NCBI GenBank assembly: GCA_002792165.1
Contig: PFNV01000040.1
Coordinates: 1-57,996, forward strand
Direction: 5' to 3'
Source of the DNA: Candidatus Tagabacteria bacterium CG_4_10_14_0_2_um_filter_40_13
Lineage (GTDB): Bacteria; Patescibacteriota; Minisyncoccia; GCA-002779875
Length of the DNA: 57,996 bases
Under the pieces are notes generated by a model. That model worked only from the letters and a program-made list of their open reading frames with translations. It was not told where the DNA came from and made no database searches. The position numbers and the translations under genes are program-made. How positions within the stretch are numbered: position 1 is the stretch's first letter; each line of letters starts with the position of its first letter. Shown in pieces: positions 29,268-38,439 of this stretch.

Positions 29268-30317
29268 ATGTCGCAATTAATTTATATAATTTTGGCAATT
29301 TTGGGAGGAATGGTTGTCGGACTGCTCCCATTTTTCTTTATCCGTTTTCTGGGGCAGAGGAAAAAAGGCGAGGGAGAAGATAAGGCAATGCTGATGCTTC
29401 AGGAACAACTTAAGGAAATTCGCGGAACGCTTGATATGAAACTGGGAGAATCAAATCGGGCTATGCAGGAACAATCCGGGCATACGACAAGGCTTATAAA
29501 AGAAATTACGCAGGAATTGGTAAAAGTGGGGGAGGGGCAAAAACAAGTTGTGGGTTTCGCTGACCAGCTTCAAGGCCTCCAGGATATTTTAAAAAATCCC
29601 AAACAGCGCGGAGTGCTCGGAGAATATTATCTTGAAAGCGTTTTGAAAAACGTTTTGCCTCCGAAGAGTTATCAAATGCAGTATAAATTCAAAGACGGAG
29701 AAATTGTCGATGCGGTTGTTTTTGTTAAAGATAAAATCATTCCGATTGATTCAAAATTTTCCTTGGAAAATTACAACAGGATTTTGGGAGAACGCGATCC
29801 TTTGGAAAAAGAAAAATTGGAAAAAGCTTTTAAAGCGGACCTCAAAAATCGCATAGACGAAACTTCAAAATACATAAGGCCGTCGGAAGATACTATGGAT
29901 TTCGCTTTTATGTTTATTCCCGCGGAAGCGATTTATTACGATTTGCTCGTGAATCAGGTCGGCGCGATTAAAACCAATACGAAAGACATGATCGAATATG
30001 CTTTTAAAGAAAGGCGCGTCATTATTGTTTCGCCGACATCATTTTTAGCCTATTTGCAGACCGTTTTGCAGGGTTTGCGCGCTTTGCAAATTGAAGAATC
30101 TGCAAAAAAAATCCGCAAAAAGGTGGAGGATTTGGGAAAACATTTAATGTCGTACGAGCAATTTCTTAAAAAACTCGGGAATAATTTGGGCACCGTGGTT
30201 AATTCATACAACAGCTCGTATAAAGAATTTCAGAAAATAGACAAAGATGTTTTGCGAATCACGGGCGAGGGGATTGATTCAGAACCATTAGCTATTGACA
30301 AACCAGAAGAAATATGA
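29268..30317 (+). CDS. rmuC: DNA recombination protein RmuC
   Basis: KQRGVLGE, IDSKF, DFAFMFIPAEAIY, SPTSF motifs. Confidence 0.93.
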   Translation: MSQLIYIILAILGGMVVGLLPFFFIRFLGQRKKGEGEDKAMLMLQEQLKEIRGTLDMKLGESNRAMQEQSGHTTRLIKEITQELVKVGEGQKQVVGFADQLQGLQDILKNPKQRGVLGEYYLESVLKNVLPPKSYQMQYKFKDGEIVDAVVFVKDKIIPIDSKFSLENYNRILGERDPLEKEKLEKAFKADLKNRIDETSKYIRPSEDTMDFAFMFIPAEAIYYDLLVNQVGAIKTNTKDMIEYAFKERRVIIVSPTSFLAYLQTVLQGLRALQIEESAKKIRKKVEDLGKHLMSYEQFLKKLGNNLGTVVNSYNSSYKEFQKIDKDVLRITGEGIDSEPLAIDKPEEI

Positions 30318-30364
30318 TAACATCTTTTCAGATTTGAAAAATAAAAAGAAAGGAGGATTTTCAG

Positions 30365-31126
30365 ATGGTAAACAGATTGACAGAGTTTTTACTCCCGAGT
30401 ATTATAAAATATATGGTGCACAAAAAAGAAAAATTAACAGCAAAAGAAAAAAAAGCTCAGAATACCTTTTTGGCAAGCCTGAAAGTCGCAAAACGCAAAA
30501 CAAAAAATCCGGTTGTCGTAGCAATGATTGGGCTTGTTGGCTCCGGAAAAAGTTCAGTTGCCAGAAAGCTGGCGGGTTTAATAGGAGCGAATATCATTGA
30601 AGGTGATGAAATTCGCGTTTTACTCCGCAAAGAAGGGGAGAAATACGAAGGAACGCGTAAAATCGCCGAAAATGCCGCTCTGGAGATTATTAAAAAAGGC
30701 GGAAATGTAGTGATGGATTCCGACCATATTGACGCGAAAAAGCGCGCAAGTTTGCGCGCGAAAGCAAAAAGCGCGGGAATAAAAGGAATAAAACTTGTTT
30801 TTATCTGCACATATTCCGAAGATGGCGGCCAACCAGGAATACCGGGTTTTACTCTTGACACAATGATCGGCAGGAATATGACTGGAGCGTATGATGAGTT
30901 TTTCGGTGAAGCAAAAACGTCGTGGCAAGGGAACAAACAGGAAAAAGCCGCGGTTGTTAAATTACGCGAGATGATACGCCGATTACCGCATCATTATCGC
31001 TGGGAAAATAAAAATGGAGGTAGATGGATAATCAAAAATCCTCCGTGCGCTGTTTTTGCTGATATTAATACGGCAGATCCAGATTGGAAATTGGAAGTCC
31101 GGAAAATAGCCCAAAAACTTTTCTGA
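30365..31126 (+). CDS. P-loop ATPase/kinase (AAA_33-like)
   Basis: Walker A GLVGSGKS, D..R, VVMD; strong SD AAGGAGGA and TTGACA-17-TAACAT upstream. Confidence 0.8.
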   Translation: MVNRLTEFLLPSIIKYMVHKKEKLTAKEKKAQNTFLASLKVAKRKTKNPVVVAMIGLVGSGKSSVARKLAGLIGANIIEGDEIRVLLRKEGEKYEGTRKIAENAALEIIKKGGNVVMDSDHIDAKKRASLRAKAKSAGIKGIKLVFICTYSEDGGQPGIPGFTLDTMIGRNMTGAYDEFFGEAKTSWQGNKQEKAAVVKLREMIRRLPHHYRWENKNGGRWIIKNPPCAVFADINTADPDWKLEVRKIAQKLF

Positions 31127-31132
31127 AAAATT

Positions 31133-31168
31133 AAGGCGACCATAAGTTTTATCAAGGTCGCCTTTTTT
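31133..31168 (+). terminator. Intrinsic terminator
   Basis: AAGGCGACC...GGTCGCCTT followed by a T-tract. Confidence 0.7.
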
Positions 31169-31255
31169 ATTTTAAATTAGATTTCCGGAATTAAAATTCC
31201 CGAAGTCAAATCAGAATTAAATCTCAGAGAGGAATTTAACAAAAGTTCAATTTTT

Positions 31256-31285
31256 AGCATTTGTTTACGATCGTTGACATTTGCT
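31256..31285. repeat. 30-bp palindrome, family P2, copy A
   Basis: AGCATTTGTTTACGATCGTTGACATTTGCT; 26/30 identical to the reverse complement of 31958-31987. Confidence 0.85.
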
Positions 31286-31361
31286 AAATTTGCCTTTTTG
31301 GACTATAGTCGGACTTACAGACACTTACAGACTACGAATTATAAATAATAAGTTAAACTAT

Positions 31362-31919
31362 ATGCCGAGAAGAGGCCCCGGAGTTATACAAAGAAAAATA
31401 TGCTTACTTTTATTGGGCGGTTTAGCTTTAAGTCTTTCTAGTTCTCCCCGCGCGTATTTTCAGATTTTGAAAGGCATATCTAAGGAGTGGCAGGAAATTG
31501 ACAAGCAATCCTTAAGACGCGCCATCAAAAGTTTATACGAATCAAAATTGATTACCGAAAGACAAAATAAAGACGGTTCCATCACTATCGTTCTTTCTGA
31601 AAATGGTAAGAAGAAAGCCTTAACCTATCAACTGGATGAGATGGAAATTAAAAAACCGATAAAATGGGACAAAAAGTGGCGAATTGCGCTTTTTGATATT
31701 CCTGAATATAGAAGAAAAGTTAGAGATGCCCTGCGTAATCATCTTAAACAGTTAGGATTTTATGAATTTCAAAAAAGCGTTTTTGTTCATCCGTATGACT
31801 GCGAAGATGAGATAAATTATCTCATAGAATTTTATGATATCAGAAAATTTGTCAGATTCATTGTGGCCGATTCGCTTGATAATGAATTACATTTGAAGCA
31901 GTATTTCAATTTGGTTTAG
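31362..31919 (+). CDS. CPR-type PaaX-like protein (putative wHTH plus Cas2-like domain), paralog 2
   Basis: SLRRAIKSL...LSENGKK, KWDKKWRIALFDIPE...RDALRNHLKQLGFYEFQKSVFVHPYDC. Confidence 0.82.
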   Translation: MPRRGPGVIQRKICLLLLGGLALSLSSSPRAYFQILKGISKEWQEIDKQSLRRAIKSLYESKLITERQNKDGSITIVLSENGKKKALTYQLDEMEIKKPIKWDKKWRIALFDIPEYRRKVRDALRNHLKQLGFYEFQKSVFVHPYDCEDEINYLIEFYDIRKFVRFIVADSLDNELHLKQYFNLV

Positions 31920-31957
31920 ATTAATCCAATTGACTGGAAGTTGAGATAGGAAGATAT

Positions 31958-31987
31958 AGCAAATGTAAACGATCGTATACATTTGCT
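31958..31987. repeat. Palindrome family P2, copy B
   Basis: AGCAAATGTAAACGATCGTATACATTTGCT, one mismatched pair. Confidence 0.9.
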
Positions 31988-32068
31988 TTAACTCTAAATC
32001 CTTGTGAATCCTTGTGAAGTTTTTTACCCTTCTTGCATTTATTTTGAGTTTGTATAAAATAGGTAGAT

Positions 32069-32437
32069 ATGGCGCTGAAAACAAAAAAAGAAAAATCGAC
32101 TATTGCTAAGCCGATTCATCAATCAAAATCATTCGCGGTAATAGAAACTGGCGGGAAACAATATTTGATAAAACCCGGCGACGTTATTCGCATTGAAAGG
32201 ATTGAAAAGCCCAAAAAGGGGGATACTGTTTATTTTGAAAAGGTGCTTCTTTTAGTTAAGGAGGGCGAAATAAAACTCGGCAATCCCTATTTGAAGACCG
32301 TAAAAATCGGCGGGAAATTATTGAAAGAGGGGAGATTTAAAAAAATTACGCATCTAAGATATCATTCCAAAACACGCCAGCAGAGGCGAAAAGGCCATCG
32401 CCAAATTTACAGCGAGGTTAAAATCGGCGAATTTTAG
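32069..32437 (+). CDS. rplU: 50S ribosomal protein L21
   Basis: FAVIETGGKQY, GNPY, GHRQ motifs. Confidence 0.95.
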   Translation: MALKTKKEKSTIAKPIHQSKSFAVIETGGKQYLIKPGDVIRIERIEKPKKGDTVYFEKVLLLVKEGEIKLGNPYLKTVKIGGKLLKEGRFKKITHLRYHSKTRQQRRKGHRQIYSEVKIGEF

Positions 32438-32440
32438 AGA

Positions 32441-32463
32441 TGTGGGATATCGGATATCCCACA
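32441..32463. repeat. 23-bp perfect inverted repeat
   Basis: TGTGGGATATC-G-GATATCCCACA; partial copy GATATCCCA at 32480. Confidence 0.8.
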
Positions 32464-32495
32464 AAATATTCCACAAGACGATATCCCAAAAATCA

Positions 32496-32535
32496 AAAGT
32501 GTATATTTTCTCCGATCGGTTGATTTATATACTTT
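32496..32535. repeat. Palindrome family P1, copy C (inverted, solitary)
   Basis: AAAGTGTATATTTTCTCCGATCGGTTGATTTATATACTTT. Confidence 0.9.
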
Positions 32536-32546
32536 ATTTTTATTTT

Positions 32547-33152
32547 TTATTTCCTGTTTTCTAATGCGTTTTTTAGGGTATCTTTGTCTAGATATTCCAG
32601 TTCCGCGCCAGTTGAAATGCCACGCCCAAATCTATTGATTTTTATGGAATATTTTTTAACCAAAGGATCAAGAATTTTTTCAAGATAACGGCACGTGTTA
32701 TCTCCTTCAGCAGTAGCGCTGAATGCCAAAATAATCTCTTTAAGTTCTTTTTGAGAATCATGCTCTATTCGGCCGAACAGTTCTTTAAGGCGAATGTTTT
32801 TTGGAATTGTTTGTCCGAATGGAATAATATCTCCCAAAACAAAATAGAGGCTATTGTAAACCCCGGCTTTTTCGATATTTTCCATATCAGTGTCTTTTTC
32901 TACGACTAAAATGCGGGATTTGTCGCGGTTTATGTTATTGCAAAACCGGCATTCCGAAGAAGTGAAAAAGCGGAAGCACTGATTGCATTGTTTCGTGTCG
33001 CTTCGTAGCGCCAAAAGTAATTCGCCAAGGTTTTTAACAAAATCCGGTTCCTGATTGAGAAGCCAATAAACAAAACGCTGAGCTTGGCGGGGCCCGATAC
33101 CGGGAAAATGTTCAAAGTATTCTCTTAATTTCTGAATTGTATTAGAAGACAT
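32547..33152 (-). CDS. recR: Recombination mediator RecR
   Basis: PGIGPRQAQR HhH, C4 zinc finger, Toprim (VVE, TAEGDNT), G.ELEY.D. Confidence 0.95.
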   Translation of the reverse strand: MSSNTIQKLREYFEHFPGIGPRQAQRFVYWLLNQEPDFVKNLGELLLALRSDTKQCNQCFRFFTSSECRFCNNINRDKSRILVVEKDTDMENIEKAGVYNSLYFVLGDIIPFGQTIPKNIRLKELFGRIEHDSQKELKEIILAFSATAEGDNTCRYLEKILDPLVKKYSIKINRFGRGISTGAELEYLDKDTLKNALENRK

Positions 33153-34530
33153 TGAAATTTTGACTTGAGACAGAAACAAAAGTGACCTTTTTTTCATTGA
33201 AGTACAAGTCGATTTTTCCTATCGGGCCGTTTCTGTGTTTTGCGATATGAATTTCGGCGACATTTTTTCTGTCGGGGTTGGTGTTATCTTTATACTTGTC
33301 TTCTCTATGAATAAACATAACCACGTCGGCATCCTGTTCAATGGCGCCGCTTTCTCGCAAATCGGAAAGCCGGGGAATAGGAGGGTTGCGTTGTTCAACC
33401 GCGCGGCTTAATTGCGATAAAGCCAAGATCGGCACACCCAGCTCCCTGGCAAGAGATTTGAGAGAACGGGAAATTTCCGTCATTTGCTGGACCGGATTAT
33501 CTATCTCGCGGCGCGGAGTAATCAGCTGGATATAATCTATAATCAGAAGCCCTAAACCGCCTTTGTATTGGCGTTCGGCTTCTGTTTGGAGACGGCGCGC
33601 CATCGCGCGTATTTGCAAAACATTCAAAGAAGGCGCGTCTTCAATGAAAAGAGGGGCTTTGGAAAGTTTTCCGAGCGCTTTTTGAAGACGAGAAAAATCT
33701 TCTTTATTGGTTAATTTTCCGTTTCTAAGTTCCCAAGAATCCACTTCAGCTTCCGCCGCCAAGAGCCGATCAACTAATTGCTGCGACGACATTTCCAAAC
33801 TGAAAATTCCTACCGGAATATTGCAATTACAGGAAGCGTGACGGGCTATATCTAGAGCAAGACTGGTTTTTCCAAAAGAAGGTCTTCCCGCTAAAACTAT
33901 AAAATCCGATTTTTGCAATCCGGATAATAAACGGTCTATATCGGGGAATCCCGTCGGAACGCCGCGCAGAACGTCGCCGGATTTATGAACTTTTTCAAGA
34001 CGTTCCCATGCCTCGTCGAGCGCCACTTTAATATTGAGAAAATTTTGTCGCAGAGAGAGACGGGCTATTTTGAAAATACTTTGTTCGGCTTCGTCCAAAA
34101 GAAAATCCAAATCTTCTTCTTCCTTAAATCCTAATTGATTAATATGGTTCGCGGCTTCTATCAGATGCCTTAATATGCTTTTTTTCCGGACTATCTCCGC
34201 GTAATATTTCGCGTTAGACGCGCTGGGCACGCCATTGATAAGTTCAGCGAGATAAGTGTTGCCGCCCACTTGGTCAAGTTGCTGTTTTTCTTTTAATCGG
34301 CTCGCTACAGACAGCACATCAATGGGCGCGTGCTGATTGAATAAATCATACATGGCGCCGTATATCCAATTATGATTTTCGCGATAAAAATCGTTGGGAA
34401 TCAGAAGATCCGCAACCTGAAGCATGACGTTTCCGTCGAGCATAATTGCTCCCAAAGCCGACATTTCCGCTTCAAGGTCTTGAGGAGGCATGCGAAGAAA
34501 TGACGTTGTATTTATTTTTTTCCCCGGCAT
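33142..34530 (-). CDS. dnaB: Replicative DNA helicase
   Basis: GRPSFGKT, FSLEM, IDYIQL, LSQLSR, DLRESGAIEQDAD, KHRNGP motifs. Confidence 0.97.
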   Translation of the reverse strand: MPGKKINTTSFLRMPPQDLEAEMSALGAIMLDGNVMLQVADLLIPNDFYRENHNWIYGAMYDLFNQHAPIDVLSVASRLKEKQQLDQVGGNTYLAELINGVPSASNAKYYAEIVRKKSILRHLIEAANHINQLGFKEEEDLDFLLDEAEQSIFKIARLSLRQNFLNIKVALDEAWERLEKVHKSGDVLRGVPTGFPDIDRLLSGLQKSDFIVLAGRPSFGKTSLALDIARHASCNCNIPVGIFSLEMSSQQLVDRLLAAEAEVDSWELRNGKLTNKEDFSRLQKALGKLSKAPLFIEDAPSLNVLQIRAMARRLQTEAERQYKGGLGLLIIDYIQLITPRREIDNPVQQMTEISRSLKSLARELGVPILALSQLSRAVEQRNPPIPRLSDLRESGAIEQDADVVMFIHREDKYKDNTNPDRKNVAEIHIAKHRNGPIGKIDLYFNEKKVTFVSVSSQNFNVF

Positions 34531-35934
34531 TTATGGATTATCCTGCTTTATTTTTGTAATTTCTGTTCCCGTATTGTTATCTTTAATCATCCAGCCGATT
34601 TTTTCAAGTTTTTGACGGATTTCATCGGCTTCCTGCCATTTTTTTTCTTTACGCAAAATTTTGCGTTGTTCTACTAAAGAAATTATTTCGGTTGGGACAG
34701 AAGATGCCTTGATTTCTTTCAACCCTAAACCGAAAATTTCGTCAAATTTCAATATTAATTCGCGTTTTTGGAAGTAAGGTAATTTTTTATGCCGGGCTAC
34801 TTCCCATAAAATTGCCAGCGCTTTTGGCATATTTAAATCGTCGTTTACGGCTTCTAAAAATTTTTCTTCCATTTGACGAGTCATCGCAGGATCAGCTCCG
34901 GTCTCATTATCGTTTTTCAACTCCAGAATAGTTTGTTTTAAATTTTCCAGGGCATTCTGCGCCGCTCCCAGATTTTCCAAAGAAAAATCCAAAGACGCGC
35001 GGTAATGCGCCGTGAGAGTAAAATATCTGAAAGCAAGAGGAGAAAATCCTTTTTCTTCAAGTTCCGCTATAGTATATAAACCTCCTTTCGATTTCGAAAT
35101 TTTTTTTCCCTTAAAAACAAGGAAGGCTCCGTGCATCCAAAAGTTCACGAATTTTTTTCCGGTTGCGGCTTCGCTTTGCGCGATTTCGTTTGTATGATGA
35201 ATCGGAATATGGTCAATCCCTCCGGTATGAATATCGAAACTATCTCCGAGATATTTCATCGACATTGCCGAACATTCAATGTGCCATCCAGGAAATCCCA
35301 ATCCCCATGGACTTTGCCATTCCTGCTGACGCTTTCCCGGTTTGTCGGAAAATTTCCATAAAGCGAAATCAGTTTTATTTTTTTTGTCCCGCATTTCCGT
35401 TCTCTTGCCGGCTTCAAGTCCTTCTATTTGCAGTTTCGCTAATTTGGCGTAATCTTTGAACTTGCCGGTATCAAAATAAATTCCGTCATCGGTCTTGTAT
35501 GTATATCCTTTTTCTTCAAGCTTTTTTATCAATTCGATTTGCTCTTTTATATGTTCAGTAGCTTTTGTCCAAATATCAGGCTCGATTATATTCAGTTTTT
35601 TAAAGTCATCGCGGAAAATTTGCCAATAATAATCTGCGATATCTTTAGCTTTTTTCCCTTCTTCTGCGGCCGCTTTTTCTATTTTATCTTCTCCTTCGTC
35701 CGCATTACTGGTCAATTGCCCAACATCAGTTATATTCATCACATGTTTAATTTTGAATCCATTAAGAGACAGAACTCTTTTTAAAATATCGGGGAAAATA
35801 TAACTTCTTAAATTTCCGATATGCTGGTACCAATAAACAGTCGGTCCGCAGGTATAAATTCCCACTTGCTTGTTTTTCAGCGGCCTGAAAATTTCTTTTT
35901 TACGGGTGAGGGTATTGTATAATCTAAGGTCCAT
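34531..35934 (-). CDS. cysS: Cysteine-tRNA ligase
   Basis: CGPTVY, HIGN, DFALWK, PGWHIECSAM, KISKS motifs. Confidence 0.97.
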   Translation of the reverse strand: MDLRLYNTLTRKKEIFRPLKNKQVGIYTCGPTVYWYQHIGNLRSYIFPDILKRVLSLNGFKIKHVMNITDVGQLTSNADEGEDKIEKAAAEEGKKAKDIADYYWQIFRDDFKKLNIIEPDIWTKATEHIKEQIELIKKLEEKGYTYKTDDGIYFDTGKFKDYAKLAKLQIEGLEAGKRTEMRDKKNKTDFALWKFSDKPGKRQQEWQSPWGLGFPGWHIECSAMSMKYLGDSFDIHTGGIDHIPIHHTNEIAQSEAATGKKFVNFWMHGAFLVFKGKKISKSKGGLYTIAELEEKGFSPLAFRYFTLTAHYRASLDFSLENLGAAQNALENLKQTILELKNDNETGADPAMTRQMEEKFLEAVNDDLNMPKALAILWEVARHKKLPYFQKRELILKFDEIFGLGLKEIKASSVPTEIISLVEQRKILRKEKKWQEADEIRQKLEKIGWMIKDNNTGTEITKIKQDNP

Positions 35935-36028
35935 ATACACAAAAAGTATATCATTATAAAAAACTTCATTCAAAGCGCCAAAAATGTTCATTAGTTGTTG
36001 ACGAATGGGTATTTTAAATTAAATAAAA

Positions 36029-37303
36029 ATGGTGTTGACCTCTCGAATTGTTTTTGCGATAATGGAACATATGTTGCCCGGACCTGTTAAAAAAACAATA
36101 TTTTGGGGAATAATTACGGCGCTTCTTACGGCTATTTTTATAGCGGGCGTTTATTTGGGTTACGCCAACCGGCCGGCAATTCAGAAAGTGACGGCATTGT
36201 TTAATAAAGAATCTGCGATACAATCCGCGCAGCAAATTGATTTTGCGCCATTTTGGGCCGCGTGGAACGCTATTGAAACAAAATATGTGGGCCGCGGAGA
36301 TTTGGATCGCCAAAAAATGATTTGGGGTACGATTGAAGGCCTGGCGAAGTCCTTAGATGATCCCTATAGCGTCTTTTTTCCGCCTGAAGAAGCCGAGCTT
36401 TTTACAACCAGCGTGAAAGGAGAATTCTCGGGTGTTGGCATGGAAATAGGAATGCGAGATAAAACCCTGACCATTATTACGCCGCTGAAAGACACGCCGG
36501 CTTATCGCGCCGGACTGAAAACGGGCGACAAAATTTTGAAAATTAACGGCACGTCAACGGCCGATATGACCGTTGACGAAGCAGTTTTTCTCATAAGAGG
36601 GGAGAGGGGAACGCCTGTTACCATCAATATTTTCCGTGAAGGAGAAAAACAATCGCGCGATATCAAACTTATCCGCGATGTAATAAATATTCCCGTTGTA
36701 GATACGGAAAAAAGGGAAGACGGAATTTTTATAATAAGATTGTATAATTTTTCGGAAAATTCCCCCGGTTATTTCAGAAACGCGCTGAGAAAAATGATAG
36801 AGTCGGGAAGCAATAAATTGATTCTTGATTTGCGCGGAAACGCCGGAGGATATTTGGAAGCAAGCGTTGATATTGCCAGTTGGTTTTTGCCGGCCGGAAA
36901 AATAATCGCGATTGAAGACTTCGGAAATAATAAGCGAGAAGATTACAGGAGCAGGGGTTACGATATTTTTAAAAATCTTCCCTTTGTGATTTTAGTCGAC
37001 CAAGGAAGCGCGTCAGCCGCGGAAATTCTTGCCGGAGCGCTGCAGGATCATAAAGTCGCCACATTGATAGGGCAAAAAACTTTCGGCAAAGGATCGGTTC
37101 AGGAATTAGTTCCCATTACCGACAAAACTTCTTTCAAAATAACCGTTGCCCGCTGGCTTACTCCCAGCGGCAGGTCAATTTCCGAAAAAGGTTTGAATCC
37201 CGACATATCGGTTGAAGTAGCCGAAAAAGATCTCGAAGCAGGGTATGATCCTCAAATGCAAAAAGCTCTGGAAGTATTAAAAACATTAGCGCTCAAACCG
37301 TAA
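36029..37303 (+). CDS. S41 C-terminal processing peptidase (CtpA-like)
   Basis: PDZ domain, LDLRGNAGG, SASAAEI, TFGKGSVQ motifs. Confidence 0.93.
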   Translation: MVLTSRIVFAIMEHMLPGPVKKTIFWGIITALLTAIFIAGVYLGYANRPAIQKVTALFNKESAIQSAQQIDFAPFWAAWNAIETKYVGRGDLDRQKMIWGTIEGLAKSLDDPYSVFFPPEEAELFTTSVKGEFSGVGMEIGMRDKTLTIITPLKDTPAYRAGLKTGDKILKINGTSTADMTVDEAVFLIRGERGTPVTINIFREGEKQSRDIKLIRDVINIPVVDTEKREDGIFIIRLYNFSENSPGYFRNALRKMIESGSNKLILDLRGNAGGYLEASVDIASWFLPAGKIIAIEDFGNNKREDYRSRGYDIFKNLPFVILVDQGSASAAEILAGALQDHKVATLIGQKTFGKGSVQELVPITDKTSFKITVARWLTPSGRSISEKGLNPDISVEVAEKDLEAGYDPQMQKALEVLKTLALKP

Positions 37304-37307
37304 AATT

Positions 37308-37757
37308 ATGAAAATCATTTTATTACAGGATGTTCCCGGCGTCGGGAAAAAATGGGAAGTAAAACAAGAAAAGGGCGGTTATGGCCGCAACTATCTTTTA
37401 GCGCGCAATTTAGCCATTCTGGCAACGCCAAATGCATTAAAAGACGCCGAGCTAAAACAGAAGCAGGAAATTCAGAAAAGAGCCCTTCATGAAGATTTAT
37501 TCGGCAAATCGCTTGAAAGTTTGAAAGATTCCGTTATTGTGATTGAAAGAAAGGCGAATGAAAAAGGGCATCTATTTGACGGTGTCGATGTGAAAGAAAT
37601 CGCCGGACTTCTTGAAGAAAAATTAAAAGGAGAAATTTCCCCCGACTATATTCAGCTCGAAAAGCCGATTAAAGAAATAGGACGACACGAAATTACAATT
37701 CAAAAAGGGGACAGTAAAGCGTCTTTTATGATAGAGATTAAAGTAAAAGAAAATTAA
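37308..37757 (+). CDS. rplI: 50S ribosomal protein L9
   Basis: [26 protein letters not shown] motifs. Confidence 0.95.
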   Translation: MKIILLQDVPGVGKKWEVKQEKGGYGRNYLLARNLAILATPNALKDAELKQKQEIQKRALHEDLFGKSLESLKDSVIVIERKANEKGHLFDGVDVKEIAGLLEEKLKGEISPDYIQLEKPIKEIGRHEITIQKGDSKASFMIEIKVKEN

Positions 37758-38032
37758 ATTTGCCGCACGCTGATTAAAGGCAAAGTTTTATTTTTACCGT
37801 CGAAATTTGTTTTGCGTTTTGTGGAAAATTTTACTATACCGTGGATGGCGGAATAAAGCGTATCGTCTCTGCCGCGACGGACATTTTTACCGGGAAGTAT
37901 CCTGTTTCCCCGCTGGCGCACTAAAATAGAGCCGGGTTGCGCAATTTGGCCGGCAAAAAGTTTCACTCCTAAAAATTTAGGTTGGGAGTCGCGGACATTT
38001 TTAGTTGTACCTCCGGATTTAGTATGTGCCAT
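37754..38032 (-). CDS. rpmA: 50S ribosomal protein L27
   Basis: [25 protein letters not shown] motifs. Confidence 0.96.
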   Translation of the reverse strand: MAHTKSGGTTKNVRDSQPKFLGVKLFAGQIAQPGSILVRQRGNRILPGKNVRRGRDDTLYSAIHGIVKFSTKRKTNFDGKNKTLPLISVRQI

Positions 38033-38076
38033 TTTTGTTTACGGGCGTTGGCAGGGTAGCCATAATTAACAATAAT

Positions 38077-38436
38077 ATGTTTAATCTATCAAGCGAGGTT
38101 AAAAAAGTCAAGACTCGGATAAAGCCGTTTGAAAACGACCTGATTATTGTCGTGATTATTATTTTGGTTACGCTTACATCTTTTGGTTTGTATAAATTGG
38201 CGGAACTAAGAGAAAATAAAACGCCTATTACAATAGAAAGGAAAACCGCAATAGGAGAGAATGGTATTTTAAATACGGAAAAACTTTTCGTGGCCAGTAA
38301 AAATGGCGCAAAATATTATTATCCCTGGTGTTCAGGGGTTTCCAGAATCAAAGAAGAAAATAAGGTTTGGTTTTCTACCAAAGAAGAAGCCGAAACTGCC
38401 GGCTACGCCCCGGCCGCCAACTGCAAAGGGCTGTAG
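38077..38436 (+). CDS. Membrane-anchored protein with an Ada-metal-binding-like C-terminal domain
   Basis: TM followed by VASKNGAKYYYPWC...F.TKEEAETAGY.P..NC. Confidence 0.7.
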   Translation: MFNLSSEVKKVKTRIKPFENDLIIVVIIILVTLTSFGLYKLAELRENKTPITIERKTAIGENGILNTEKLFVASKNGAKYYYPWCSGVSRIKEENKVWFSTKEEAETAGYAPAANCKGL

Positions 38437-38439
38437 GTT

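Noticed and set aside
28198..31987. Integrative island at tRNA-Glu
   Set aside because: No integrase and no duplicated tRNA 3' end found.
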